From assembly GCA_036172245.1 (NCBI GenBank), contig JAYWIR010000018.1, positions 2,294,001 through 2,358,000 of the forward strand: DNA of 64,000 nt. Direction: 5' to 3'. Origin of the DNA: Raillietiella orientalis. Lineage: Eukaryota. Every line of letters begins with the position of its first letter. The first letter of the stretch is position 1. A model generated the notes under the pieces. The model worked only from the letters and a program-made list of their open reading frames with translations. It did no database searches and was not told where the DNA came from. The translations under genes were made by a program, and so were the position numbers. Positions 36,409-48,811 of the stretch are shown here, in pieces.

Positions 36409-37352
36409 GCTAGAGTTGGTGGAAATACAGGCCATCCAGCCGTTTTCCTTGGCGAGTGTGGCCATGCGTCCGAGGAGAAGGTCTCATCTTCTTATCTTCC
36501 GGCTGGGGCACAAAAGATGAGACACGAGTCCTTCCGCCCTGGATACATGGCTGGCGAGGAGGCGGGCCGGAACGCACCAAGGAGTGCTCCAGTATTTCGC
36601 TGCGATGGCCATGGTTCGCCATTGCAGCTAAATCCCCGGAGGAGGAGAAGTGGCTTCCAGAGTGTTGGGACAGTGGCACCCTCCTCCTGAAGTGGCAGGA
36701 GGTGGCGTTGCCAGTGCTGCATTGAGGAATCCCATTTAAAGCACTCCACCATCATTGTGGAGATTGGGGCAAGAGGGGAAACCTTTCCGCATCTCTTAAT
36801 AGACTGTGTCGCCCTCCGAGCCCTTTGGGATTGACTCTCCTCAATCCTTAAAGTCCCGGTAGGCGACCCTAAGAACATTTTCCGGCGCCTCTTCATGCGT
36901 GATGCCCTGCTGCCAGCCACATCTCTAGCAGTGCTCTGTGTGTACGCGGAACCATGGCAAGCTGGAAAGCCAGAAGAGGCCACAACAGCAGGGATGTCAT
37001 CCATTGGACGGAAATCTTCTTGAAGACCGCTTCCCGATGGCCCCAACTTTAACAAAAGAATGCAGAACTTGTCAGCATCCTGAAGAGAATGAACAGGACG
37101 TATCACGGCAAACAGTAATCCCTTCCCCCTCCCTTTCCCAGAAAAACTTCCCCTTCTCTTTTTGTCTTTTTGTTTGGTTTTGTTTGGTTTTCTCTTCTCC
37201 TTCGCTTCTGAAGCAAACCTCACCGGTCTGCGAACCGGTTTTTGGCAAGTCCTTCGCGCGTGGCACAACCACGTGTTCCACCACCATTTTGTAAACATCA
37301 TGACTTTTATCATAATTCTAGCATAAATTACCCAGAAAATCCAGGTGAAAAA
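36409..37352 (+). mobile_element. L1/Tx1-like LINE 3' fragment with finger and 3' UTR
   Basis: GARGETFPHLLIDCVALRALWD...NIFRRLFMRDALLPATSLAVLC, followed by a pyrimidine/T-rich 3' UTR ending CATAAA..hairpin..AAAAA. Confidence 0.8.
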
Positions 37353-38625
37353 CTTCCTTCTTGCTTGTTTTTGAGCCTTTGTGACCATTGACGGGATATC
37401 CGGATCTGCATCCGACAGTACCCCTCTTCGTCCTCGATCTCCGCCTTTCGAATTTTCCTCGCGGAGTCCTTCGCCTCTTTGTTTACAGATCCCGGCTCAG
37501 CAACGTTGCTCCTTTCTCCCCTCCCCCCTCTGCAAGCTAATTCTCTCACGTTCCACAAAGAGACCCCATGGGAAGCGCCGACGTTCATTGCGCTTCCGGA
37601 GTATCCGAGCAGCCACAAGCGAGGAGTCGGATCGTACGGTGGACGGAGACCCTTTCAAGCCGGAAGGTGGACACGCGCGGCCATGAGTCCGTTGCGCTTC
37701 GCAAGCGAAGCAGTGGGGGTCGAGAGAGAGGCGCAAAGTAAACACTGCGTGGAATCCATGGAGACGGAACCCTTTGGCGCCGCGCATGAACGCGAGCGGC
37801 CACTTGTCGGTCTCTCTTCCACCGCTTTCCTTCCGGGATTCTCCTTCCCAGGGAAGGAGCAAAGAGTATTGAAGAGCGTTTCCGGTACAGGCGGCTGGAC
37901 TCACTGTGTGAGGGATCGTAGAACCGGGAGAAGCCTTGGACCAACGAGAATTCCTCCTCCTCTTCAGAGATCCCGAAACGTCCTTGATTATTATTCCCTC
38001 TGGAACTGTATGAACAGCAAGCGAAGAACGACGATCTAGCCAACCGCAAACCGCTTCGGTGTTTCCTGGAATCGAACAGCCCTGAAGATGAAGAGGAATC
38101 ACGGCGAGTGTCTTGAACCGGGTAGATACTTATCAGCATAAGGGAATTATATCTGGATTGGTTGCTAACCACATCACGGTATGGTTCCCGCGATCTCTCT
38201 GGGACCTCGGGAATTTGAAGGGTGGAGTAAAGCCACTGAAAGTTCCATAGACAGATGCAAAATTCAGATGTTGTCTTGTGGTTCGCTCTGCAGCAAGGCG
38301 AATTGCTGTCCACTCACTGTTTAGAAAGAAGTACCGCGGAATGGTTCGGTGGAGACCACTGTCAGCGTGCACGGAGTGAGCGTTTGTTCGTGTTCGCGTC
38401 TTCAGCGTAGACGCTAAATCAAGACCGTGCCGCTGAGGATGTCCGAAAGCGTCCTGGATTCTCAGTGAGATCGTGCAGCCGAAAGCATTTGGATGCAGTC
38501 GGAAAGCATGGTCTCAGAGGCGGTTGCTGTTTCCTTCCGTCAACAAGCACCTCCTCTTTGGAAGCATCTGGGTCCGTTCTCCGTGCCCACTAAAAAGGCA
38601 TCAACGAGGAATGAATGGTTTGGTC

Positions 38626-39327
38626 TTTTTTGGTTTGCCAAGTACTCAAGAGCCGTTTGCCTAGGGGTTCACGGAGCTCTTCAGCACTGTCCATGACAAC
38701 CGAGAGTGCATGTCACTCTTCGAGTTAGAGGAGGTGTCCCGGTAGGTGAGGGACCACCCAATGTATCCAGGAAGGGCCCCGAAGGCAGGAGCCCTTTTCT
38801 TTTATGCACGTGAGGGAGCCCCGAAGGAAACCTCTTCCTTTCTCTCTCCGGAGGTGCCCCCGTTGGGGGCTTCTCATCAATTCTTCTACGAAAGAAACTC
38901 GGAAAGGATCCGCACCTGGAATTTCTTCGCCAAAGGGAACCTGCAGGGGAACCTCGAAGGGATGCTTCCAAATTTCCCCGAAAGATGCTTTCCTGAAGGG
39001 AACAGCTCACTCCCTAACGCTCCGGAGAGGCATCAATCAACCTTAGCTGGCTCACTGATGCTACATGATGGAGGATCCCTCCTCCTGAGGAAGGAGGTGG
39101 AGGGGAGGAGACGGTTCCACTTTCACAACTGGATAAGAACCCCGAAGGGAAGCGTCTTCTTAATTCCTGAAAGGATCCCGGAGGGTCGACTTCCAATACC
39201 GGCCAGTCAATTGAGGGCATCCAGTTTTTCCACCAAGGCCGTACCCTAAGCCAGTGGGCCAAACAGCGGCACCCTATGAGGGAGACTCGATACCTACGAC
39301 GCGCACCCCATTTTCGGTGTCGATCCT
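38626..39327 (-). mobile_element. SINE-like element, copy 3 (lacks the tRNA-like head)
   Basis: Aligns with copy 2 from AGGATC (the end of the tRNA-like head) to the 3' end TGGCAAACC-A6. Shared blocks include GGAAGTyrACCCTCCGGGATCyTTyCArGAAT. Confidence 0.8.
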
Positions 39328-40950
39328 TTATTTTCATCCCATCACGATGGGACGTTTATTGTAAAAAAAAAAAAAATATTTATAAAAAAAAACAGTTATG
39401 TAAAATACAAAAAATGTCTTCCTTCGTAGTAGTTTCACAGCACCACTGTGAAGGGAGATGTCTCGGAGGCGCTGCTTCTGGTGAGCCCCCCCCCTCGATG
39501 ACGTCCTCACAGGAAAAGTGTGGGAAGGGGTCAGCATAAAAACACACACATATACACAAATCCTGTCTTAAAATGTGTTGGGGAGGGAAGGGAAGGAAAG
39601 GGATCACAGATCTCTTCCTGGAGTCTCCAGCATCTTCTGGGGGTTGCCGGCAACTTCCACCTTTAGTTAACAGAGATGTGGCCATTTTGTCGCGTTCCTC
39701 ACGAATGAGCAGGAGATTGCGATGACCTCACCGTTCGACCAGCCTCTTTCGGCGCGGCTTCTCGCTGCCACGATCCCAGGAAGGCAGCGCAGAGCCGCAA
39801 GGGAAGCTGCAGGAGACATCGAATCGCGAACGAAGAAGCACTGCAGGACCTCTCTGCCGTTGCCCATCGGGAGTGAAAGGGCAGGAGCGAAGCGTTCCCA
39901 AATGCTTAAAAGGGCAACACGATCCAACAAGAGAGGTGCGGTAAGGTTTCCCGTTTCCCTGCACAGTCTGAGACCCCACATTCCCCTCGTCCAGTAGTGG
40001 ACTCGTGCGTGACATGGGATCGCTCAGTGCAGCAACTGCAATGCCGAGTCCTGTCACTCCAGGCGAAGCGTGCAGCTATCCACAAACGCCGGGGGAATTT
40101 CGGTCGCCTCCAGGGGAATCGCAAGAAGAATCTGCCTAGCGAAGAATTCCTTTTGGAAGGGCGTCGGGGGTACTGCCAGCTGACACGCCGTCCAGCATCC
40201 CCGCTGCTTCTTTCTTCCCGCGATCCCGCAGGATGCTTCTGATCTCGCAAAGCCATTACTATTTCCACTTAGTTGAATTGCGTTCAGCGTGGCTGCAAGT
40301 GGAGTGTTCAGTGTCCAGGTGTCTTCCTTGGGCCGTCCACGAGCAGAGAGCGCAGTTCGGGAATCTAGGCATCGCGATTGCTCCCGGCTCGTGCTGTCTC
40401 CTTTCGCCCACGTCTGAACCGTTTCCTGTTTCCAGGCACTACAGTTGGCGGGGGAAGCAGGAAATTCATCTGCTCTCCTGGACCAAGGCGAATACTTGCC
40501 GGTGTTGGTGCCCGCATCGAGGCAACTCTCGGTGGCCATGCACGAGGAACGTACCGAGTTCCTCGGCGCCGGCTGCTCGCTTCACCAGAAGTCTGGCTGG
40601 GACTCACCAATCGGTGGTCCAGAACTTTTCCGCTAGGGCTAATCTTCTACACAGGGGCTGTAGTTCCATCCACTCCACTCTGCGCCGATCCTTTACGAGT
40701 ATTCGAATTCGCAACGCTTGGTGCTACGAGCGGAGACCGCAGCCACACGGCTGCCACCTTCTTCGGGAGCCTCACCCAACAGGCAGAACGTGAGCCGGAA
40801 AAAAATGGAACATTTCTGGCACCACTCTGAGCAAAGACTGCAGGTGCTCTCCTCAGGAACCAGACTAGACTGCCAATCAAGTCTGTGCCGAATCAAGTGC
40901 ACCTCGTCGCATACCGTTGCCATGCGATGTATTTTTGGATTCTGGATTGA
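39328..40950 (-). mobile_element. L1/Tx1-like LINE 3' fragment with 3' UTR and polyA signal
   Basis: LPKKVAAVW, WKQETVQTWA, WTLNTPLAATL and FFVRDSMSPAASLAALRC match LPKRAAIW, RQQEMVASWA, WSTLTAAPLAAAL and LFVRDVLSPAAALAALCC of the 47-48.8 kb copy. AATAAA at 39360-39355. Confidence 0.85.
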
Positions 40951-41649
40951 GTGACGGGATGTCTTTTCTGAGACAGCATCTGCAAACAGATTTCATTCCT
41001 AAAAATAAATCCGGATGCCATTGAGGGTGATGATTCTTTGTAGGAAAAAAATCCCGAAAATCCTGTCCGTAAAACAAACAATAAAAAAAAAACAAAAAAA
41101 AAAAAAACATTCCAGGGAAATACTTCCTCGTGTCCCTAAAGTCGCAGGAAAGAAAGGGAAAGAAAAGGGGAAAAACACGTGGCTTTTGGTGGCAGGAACA
41201 TTATCCGTTTCTAACTGCTTGCCTCTTCTGTTGCAGCATTTCAAGCAGTTCTTTGGGCATTGGAACGGTTCATAGGCAGCGCAGCGTTTCTTGACGAAAT
41301 GCTGCGCTCTTTGGAAAAACACTCAATCAGCCTGCCGATGCCCACTGCCTGCGTGCGCCCTGTTGATCAAGAAAAGCCTGCACGAATATGCAGGCATGCC
41401 ACTTCCAAATGAGAAAACCGATGCTGAGATTATCACGGGCGGTTCCATTTCTGTCTTCATTCTTGCTGTGCAAATAAAGGATCAGTATCCGATCTAATGT
41501 TTGTAGGACCCTAAGGAACACGGAGTGAACTTTGGACTACGCAGCTCCAGAGTGCTTTGTGGGCAACTGGACGCTGCATTGATCGTTCCGTCCAAGAAAA
41601 TTAGTAGCGAGGAGATCTGCGACTTCAAACGAATTCGCTTCTGAATTCA

Positions 41650-42250
41650 TCGCTTACAATTTAAAAAGGTGCCAGACCTATCCTTAGGGGAAGATCTCCG
41701 GATCTCCTAATGCTTCCTGAAGATGAGAGAAAGGAATGCCTCCTTCTGGAGCCATCCAATGGCAACGCTTTCGCAAGGTCCCCATCTCATACTGCCTGTG
41801 TTCTCTTTCAAGACGTGTGCAACTTTGATTGATGAAAAGAGAGATTTCCGACGCTGTCTGTGGAACTGTACCCGATTACCGCATAAGTAATGTCGTCAAA
41901 TGCCCTACTTGGAAGAATGAGATGACAACGGTCAGTTCCACCTCTGGCCGCCTCTGAAGCAATTTCTTGGTTGACATCCGATAAGACCATTGCATTAAGC
42001 AAGTGGACTTTTCAGTACAAAGTCGCGAGCCACTCTTTGAATGAACGACCCAAGAGCGTCAGGAAAGAAGTGCGGGGCCATGGATTCCAAAATGGCAGTA
42101 ACCGCATAGAAACGTTTGATAATTCTACGCATTTCTACCCTGTCAAAAAACGTCATAAAATGGTATGATGGAAACGATTCTTCAGTCGATGGTATGTGTC
42201 GGCATTGCTTTCCGAGCATCTGTTCCGCTTTGAATCGGATTGGATCTCTG
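41650..42250 (-). mobile_element. Highly decayed RT remnant
   Basis: LILPSRAFDDITY (xLDxSKAFDxVxH-like) at ~41900; little else is recognisable. Confidence 0.3.
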
Positions 42251-42819
42251 GATGTCAGCGTCCCGTAAGATTGAATTCTCTCGTGGACCAGTTGAGTTGC
42301 GTATTGACTCCATGGATCAGAATGAAACCTCCGATTAGAAAGAGGGGTTTATCCACATAATGACTCTGCACCAACTACTGTGCAACATTGCTACCATGTT
42401 TGACAAATCTTCTTCCACACGAAAACTTTCAAAAGAGCCAATCACATACGAGCAACGATTGCCTCTGCTTCTTCGCATGCTTGGAAAGATCGCGGCACAC
42501 CTCTACATGGGTTGTTCATTAACGACGCAGAGAAGTTGGGATGCTATATAAAGTCAAAACTCGAAGGCAGTAGTCACAGTGTGGGGGGATCTTCCCTTAT
42601 CTTTACGAAGAGAACCCAAGCACCCGAAAAAGTCAAGCCTTGTAGTTAGTGGGACGAGATGTGAAAAGAGCGATTCTCCTCAACTATTTAATCGCCCTGC
42701 ACTTCGAGCTTCTCTAGCAAGCTGTGCAGACCAACCTGTGCAGTGACAGAAAGGCATCCACGTCCAGTCCACTGCAAAGCAGCGGAGCTCAAACTCACTG
42801 GTGATTGACTCACGTCTAC

Positions 42820-43150
42820 GTGGCCACTATCGAGAAAGTTAAGATGACTCAGGGCGTGTGCTTCGACCAAGCCGAATAGGGAGAGATCCCAAGTGCTACC
42901 TAGATGCTGAAGATCAAATGCCTCCACCTTCCTCAAGGTCGCTCCAAGCTGGTCAAAGTTCCGGTCGAAATGCACAGGGAAGCGCAGATGGTGTTTGCGC
43001 TAGTTGCAGCACCAAGCACCATGTGCCCAGCCGGAAAAATCATCTCGGTATGGCACAGCAGAGAAATTGGATCAATTAGTTATGCAGACGCATGAAAACA
43101 CTGCAGCGTCTGGAATCTCCAAAGTGCGTTCGAGCTTGTAACTGAAAAAA
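42820..43150 (+). mobile_element. Highly decayed CR1/Jockey-type post-RT remnant
   Basis: IEKVKMTQGVCFD (VKxLGVxFD-like), followed by SVW and LExxQ-like remnants. Confidence 0.3.
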
Positions 43151-46100
43151 TTACGCATCTAAACAGATGACCTGCGCATATTCGCGGGAAAATCCTTATT
43201 TTCACGTTTTCTATTTTCGCTGCGTGGGATTTTGGAAAATACGTAGAGTTTCCCGATCCGTGTTCTTTATGTGCTTGTTTGGGTGGATGCAAACAGTAGA
43301 GTGAAAGCATTTCCCATGTCGGGGGAAAAGATGGTTGTCAACGAAAGGTTTCGGGCAGCATCCGCTAGGACCATAAACGGGGATGTCGACCTGACTATCT
43401 TCGTGACGATTTTTTTTTTTTTCCCGCGATCTCGAGGTCTCGTGTCTTCTTCCGTACACATATTGCTGCATATCTGCTACGTGTGCATTAATTTGCTTTT
43501 GAATGAAACATTAGTAGTCGTGCCGACGGCTAACAGCCGACGTTGCCATGAGCGGTGATCTCTCAGGGAAACACGTCACGTGCGAATCAGCAAATTTTGG
43601 GAAATTGCTTTCATCAATTTATAGTGTTTATCTGTCGTGATGGAGAAAGTAGAAGGAATACGAACCATAGCAAAGACACACCTTCGAAAACAAACATTCC
43701 CGTCTAAGACAGGCGGCGAGCAGCCTCCACAATGAGTTTGTTTACACGAGAGCTTTCTCACTCCCGTGTCTGAGAACCCGTTCCTGTTTCCCGTTTCAAC
43801 TCTTCCGCGCAGGACTTCGGGCGAGAACCCAGCATTTGATTAATTCGGGGATCGGTTTCATGATTATGACAAAGCCGCAACAACTGAGAGGAGCGCGAAA
43901 GACGGATGCACAAGAGAAGCGTGGTTGGCATGAAAACTAGCATCAGTCAGTGCACGGAAGTGGATGAATGGCTCAAAAGAACACCAGCCGTTTTCCATTC
44001 TGGACGTTCTTCAAATGTACCTCCTCCACAAAGCCAGTCCAGAGATTTACACTAGAAAGTCCACGTGGTGCATTTTCCAGCGAGGGTGGCTGGGAAGACG
44101 AAAGGAATTCCTCAAAATGAGTTTTATGGGGACGGATTCCTTGGCAAACGAAGAAAGAGAGCGATGCAAGGGGTCTGTGGTGACGCATCTGAAACGGACG
44201 TAAGGAGATAGGGAAGGAAAGCTAGCTGATGGGGAGAAGCAGTTCGGTGAGCTAGACTTTTGCTTTCCATTGATTTTCATCAGGATAGAGACTGCGGTCG
44301 CAGACGCAAGTTTCATCCATCATAGCTGCGTTTTCATTTGTCGCGTATTTGCTATTATACAACCCAATGGACCGAGAGAAAATTCCGCTCTTTCGACACT
44401 CCCTCAAGCATTGTGCACGCCTCAAGGCACCTTTTCGTACGCCGCGAACGTCTTTGGTTTCCTTGGAAATTCGTTTTCAGTCACATCTACGCCACGAAGG
44501 TTTTCTCTTTAATTAAAACGAATCCTACCGCAAAATTGTTCCAGACAGCATCCCTGTGATGTTTGCAGGAACAATGCTCCTTCCTTCAGTACGGCGCCAT
44601 GCATCATTGCGCTGCTTTCCAGAATAGTTCGTGCTGATAGAGAACGTGTTCTACGTCTACCACGGATTTTCGGAGATCAGCAGCTCATCAAGATTTGTGG
44701 TCGCCGGGAGTTTATCCCAGATTCCGTGTGGCTTGCAAATGTCCAGAAAAATTCCGTTGATCTTCGCCGCTGCTACCGAGAGGTGTTTGCTGTGTTTGCA
44801 AATTTCCACGTCCCAGATTAGAACGAGAAGGCGAATCCCGTCAGCAGCTTCCAATCTGGTTGTCCGCCCTAAAGATAAAGATCGTTCACAAATACAATGT
44901 GATCCCCAGTCCTTTCCGTGGATGTTTCCAGTTCCTCACTCGTGAAGAACGGCAGCCTGGAAGACGGTGGTCTGTTATCGGAGACTTGTTGCGGGTCAAG
45001 AGCGCCAAGAGCGTTGGCGAATGTGTTTGAGGCTTTGGTTCTGGAGCCTCACTGTGGGAACTCAGTGCTTGGCATTGGGAGAACATGTTCCTCCCCATTC
45101 AGCGGCACCGAATGATTCGCTGTGTGTGTTTCACGTCAGTGACACTCCGGGTGACGTCCTTTGCTGACTCTTGGCTTTCGCTATTGGAGATTGCAGGCTG
45201 TTGGATCTAAGCGCCTGTCCGCACTCTTCTTGTAATGGTCTCAACATTTCGGAAAGTGTTATTTCGTTGTGACGCTCCCTGCAAAGGGAGACGTGGATGG
45301 CGGAGTCAGCGAGGAAGCTGTGTTCCAGAAGCATCCAGCTGCTTCCTGTGGGAACACCGCAATTTCAACAAAGGAAGTCATTCCCTCAATAAAAATTGAT
45401 TGAACCCAGAAATGACTATCCCTCTCAGAGTTTCCTTTATTTTCGACTAACTCTTCCTATCCCCCACTTCCTTTGATGTTTGGACACCACCTGTTGGAAA
45501 ACGAAAATGCAAAGCATCCTCCGTCGGAGAGAGCAAAAACACTCGCCTGCATCCACCTCCAATAAAAGTGCAGCCAACTTTATTATCTAGTGCTTTCAGC
45601 AAGAATATCTTGAGTTTGCTCATCGACTCCTTTTTCTCTCTCTCTCTCTCCCTTTCTCTCTGGGAATCTTGAAGGAGCAGTCTCGTGATTCACCATTTGA
45701 GCTTTTCGAAACGAGAGCACAAGACGTTTCTTGTTTATGGTTTTTGGAACAGGTCATTTGTAGCATTTCTTTCAAACCGCGTATAATGTATATTGGCAAC
45801 CAGGATTGAAATGTGACTTGAAAATTGAATTATGCGATGAGTCATGGCTCCATCAGCGAAGGTTGGTTGCTTCTTGGATTGAAAATGGAATCAATAAATC
45901 GGTTTCGTATTTGATTAGGGTCGTGACAGTGCAGCAATATATCTGGCGACAAGTACAGAGAGTATTCAGGGATGGAAAAAATGGTCTTCTAAATGATGCT
46001 TGCTCGACAGAAGCAGAGAGCAGCGTTTTTTTTTTTTTTTTTTTCCTATCCCTCTCTGTCTCTCTCTCTTAGAAAAAGAGAGACTTTCCATCTCATTTGC

Positions 46101-46999
46101 GTAGTTCAACATTTGTCATTTGCGCCTTTTTCTGTTTTTCTTGTGAATCGTTCTCGCACGTGAAAATCCTGAGACTGAGATGGCGAAAAAGCGTATGAAG
46201 CTACGAAATTAAACTGCAGTCTAAAAGAACTGACTGTGAGGAAGCCTCCAGAACATACTGGACGATAGAGAACGTACAAGCCAAATGGCGCACAGCACCG
46301 ATTTTCTGTATATTTTCCAGGCAGGATTTGTAAAAACCGTCGGCATCGTGTGTCACGGATGGAGCAAACACAAACCAGGACACGCCAAATCGTGGTCCTG
46401 CGTTCTCCTCGAAACAAGCGTTTCCTCCGCGACTGGTTTTGCAGGAGTGGACGATCTTCATGACAGCACGCAACGAGGTGCAGAGCCGGGAACTACTTTT
46501 TTACGCGGCTCTCATTCAGTTCTCAGTCTTTTGCGATTGACCTGCTCTGAGAGCTGGTGCACGGCACGAGGGGGCAGAAGGGACGGCAGCGCTTTTTCAT
46601 CCTCCTCTACCAGTATCCTAGGGCATGCTCTGAGGTGCTTCGCAGGAGAAGGGCCGTTGAAAAAAGGTTTCGAATCCCTTCTGATGGTGAAGGGAGCGAA
46701 GAGAATGAAACCAAATCCATCCGCATGCAAAATAAGGAAGAGCGAATCCAGACGTTCTCATCTGGATGTGCCAGGTCATTTATTTGAAATAAATGAGAAA
46801 AAGGCAATAAGAAAGAGTCAGACATCTGTCGCCTCGAGACGACAGGATTTGAACCTCAGTGCAGACACCGACAGAGAGGGGATGGAGGAATGGGAAGCAG
46901 GGTCAGTAGCTAACAAATAGGAGTGTGGGAGGGATCGACTTCATGATGATGAATGTGACTCCAGAGAGTAAGCGTCAAACAGGGGCGGGAGGGCTGAGG

Positions 47000-48811
47000 G
47001 AATGGGATCTGGTCACTTGGTGTCAAACTAGTCGGGCCACAGTCCCGAGGGCAGGCTTCTATTCCATCTCCCGATTGGCGACTTCGAGGCCGCTGTAGCG
47101 TGGTTGGACTACCTTCAAAAGGGTGAAGGCTCTCAGCCCGTTCGTCGATGGCAAGTTTGCTTTGCCGAAACGAGCGGCTATTTGGAACACCTTTGTCGCC
47201 CCCTTCCCCCCGTTCCCTTACTCGACTAAACTCCGGGCTCAGCTCCTGTTGAGAAATGCCCTTTGGGGACCTGCGAGGTCCGGAATCCGCCTCAAAGACT
47301 TGGCAGCTGCGCGTCGGAATACCGGCTTGGGCGTCCTGACGCCGGAGGGAATCGGGCTGCTGGCGCAGCTCCCAATGCTGCTGGCACCTCGCGCCAAGCT
47401 GTGGATTATCTCGTTTTGCGCGCCCACTGCTGATCCTTCGGAGATGCGCAGGCAGCGGAGGACGGTTCTCACTGCTGCCGAGCCTCCGCTACAGGATGCG
47501 GGGATTGGGCTTTCCCCTGAGGCAACCTGCCTCCCTTCCGGAAGCCCATCCGTGGGTCTCCTGCCTTCCGAAGAACGTTGATGCCCGTCAGCAGGAAATG
47601 GTTGCGTCCTGGGCTGCATGCCAGGGAATGCACCCACAGGAGCTTCGTCCCCTGCGCCACTTCCTCAGCCATCGTTTGGAAGCGGTGACTCAAGACTCGA
47701 CGAAGTGGTCCACCCTGACCGCCGCACCACTTGCCGCAGCGCTGTCTGCCTGCCCCGAGGGCACGAGGCGACAGCTGCCTACCGGAGGGGCGGGGTTTGT
47801 CCTGCACCGTTTCAGGAGAGCGGAACTCCTGGGTGGCTGGAAGGCGAGTGAGCTGGTGGCCACTCCGCGCATTCAGGAGAAAGGACTCCTTCGGTGGTCC
47901 GAACGTGTTAGGTGCCGCACCCGAAGAACTTGTGGTCCCTCCTCGATACTTCAACACTTCCGTGTTCTCCTGAAGGTGGAAACAGACTGTCCTGTTGTTT
48001 CTTCACTGGGGACTCTTGTGCGGTCATCGTCTCAACCTGGTCTCTGTGGGGGGGAGGTCGCATCTTCGAGCTCTGAGGATCAGAATGCAGGTCAGTGGAG
48101 TCGATCCAGCACCTGCTTCTGGACTGCGATGGCTTTCAAGAACTGTGGCGAAGGCTGGCATTAGCTCTCCTGCACTAGAGGGGCTGTGGACCCGAACTGT
48201 GTCAGATGCGGGGAACGGGAATCCCTTGCGCACCTGCTTCTTGACTGTGGTTGCCCCTCTGATGCAGGAGCGCTAATGGGTTGCCCCATTGCGGCTCCTG
48301 TGGTTGCGTTTCGCAACGGCCCTTGGTGCACCCATGAAGAACCCCAGAGACGTATTCAAGCACCTCTTTGTGCGCGACGTCCTTTCGCCTGCCGCAGCCC
48401 TTGCAGCCCTTTGCTGCCTACTAGGGGTTGTGGCAGCCTGGAGCAACGCCACTGGTGGACAGAACGATACGGACGCCATCTGCTCCTCCCTACGCTTTCT
48501 GAGGACGGCAGCCGGATGGTCCCATCTGGGACGTATGCAGACTGAACTTGCCGGCATCCCGGAAAGAATGTGGAGGACGACCCCAGCGGAATGTGATCCT
48601 TTCCCCGACCCCCCCTGCTCTTGTAAATAGTGTTTTCTTTTTGTATGTGTTTTTATTTGCCCCTTCCCCCTCCGCTGCAGAGTCGAACTCGTCGGCCTGC
48701 GCGCTGGCTACTCGGCAAGTTCAGAGTTTTTGTCGGACGTTGTAGGGACAATGGCCCTACACATGTTTGTTTGTTTTTTTAAGAAAATAAACGCCCCGGT
48801 GCACCCGGGTG
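47000..48811 (+). mobile_element. Best-preserved L1/Tx1-like LINE 3' fragment (post-RT domain, CCHC finger, 3' UTR)
   Basis: Overlapping frameshifted ORFs 47123-47581, 47496-48164 and 48186-48630 with LWG...LAAARRNTGLG (GGLG-like) and CVRCGERESLAHLLLDC (Cx2Cx7Hx4C). Stop at 48628-48630, T-rich UTR, AATAAA at 48786-48791. Confidence 0.88.
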
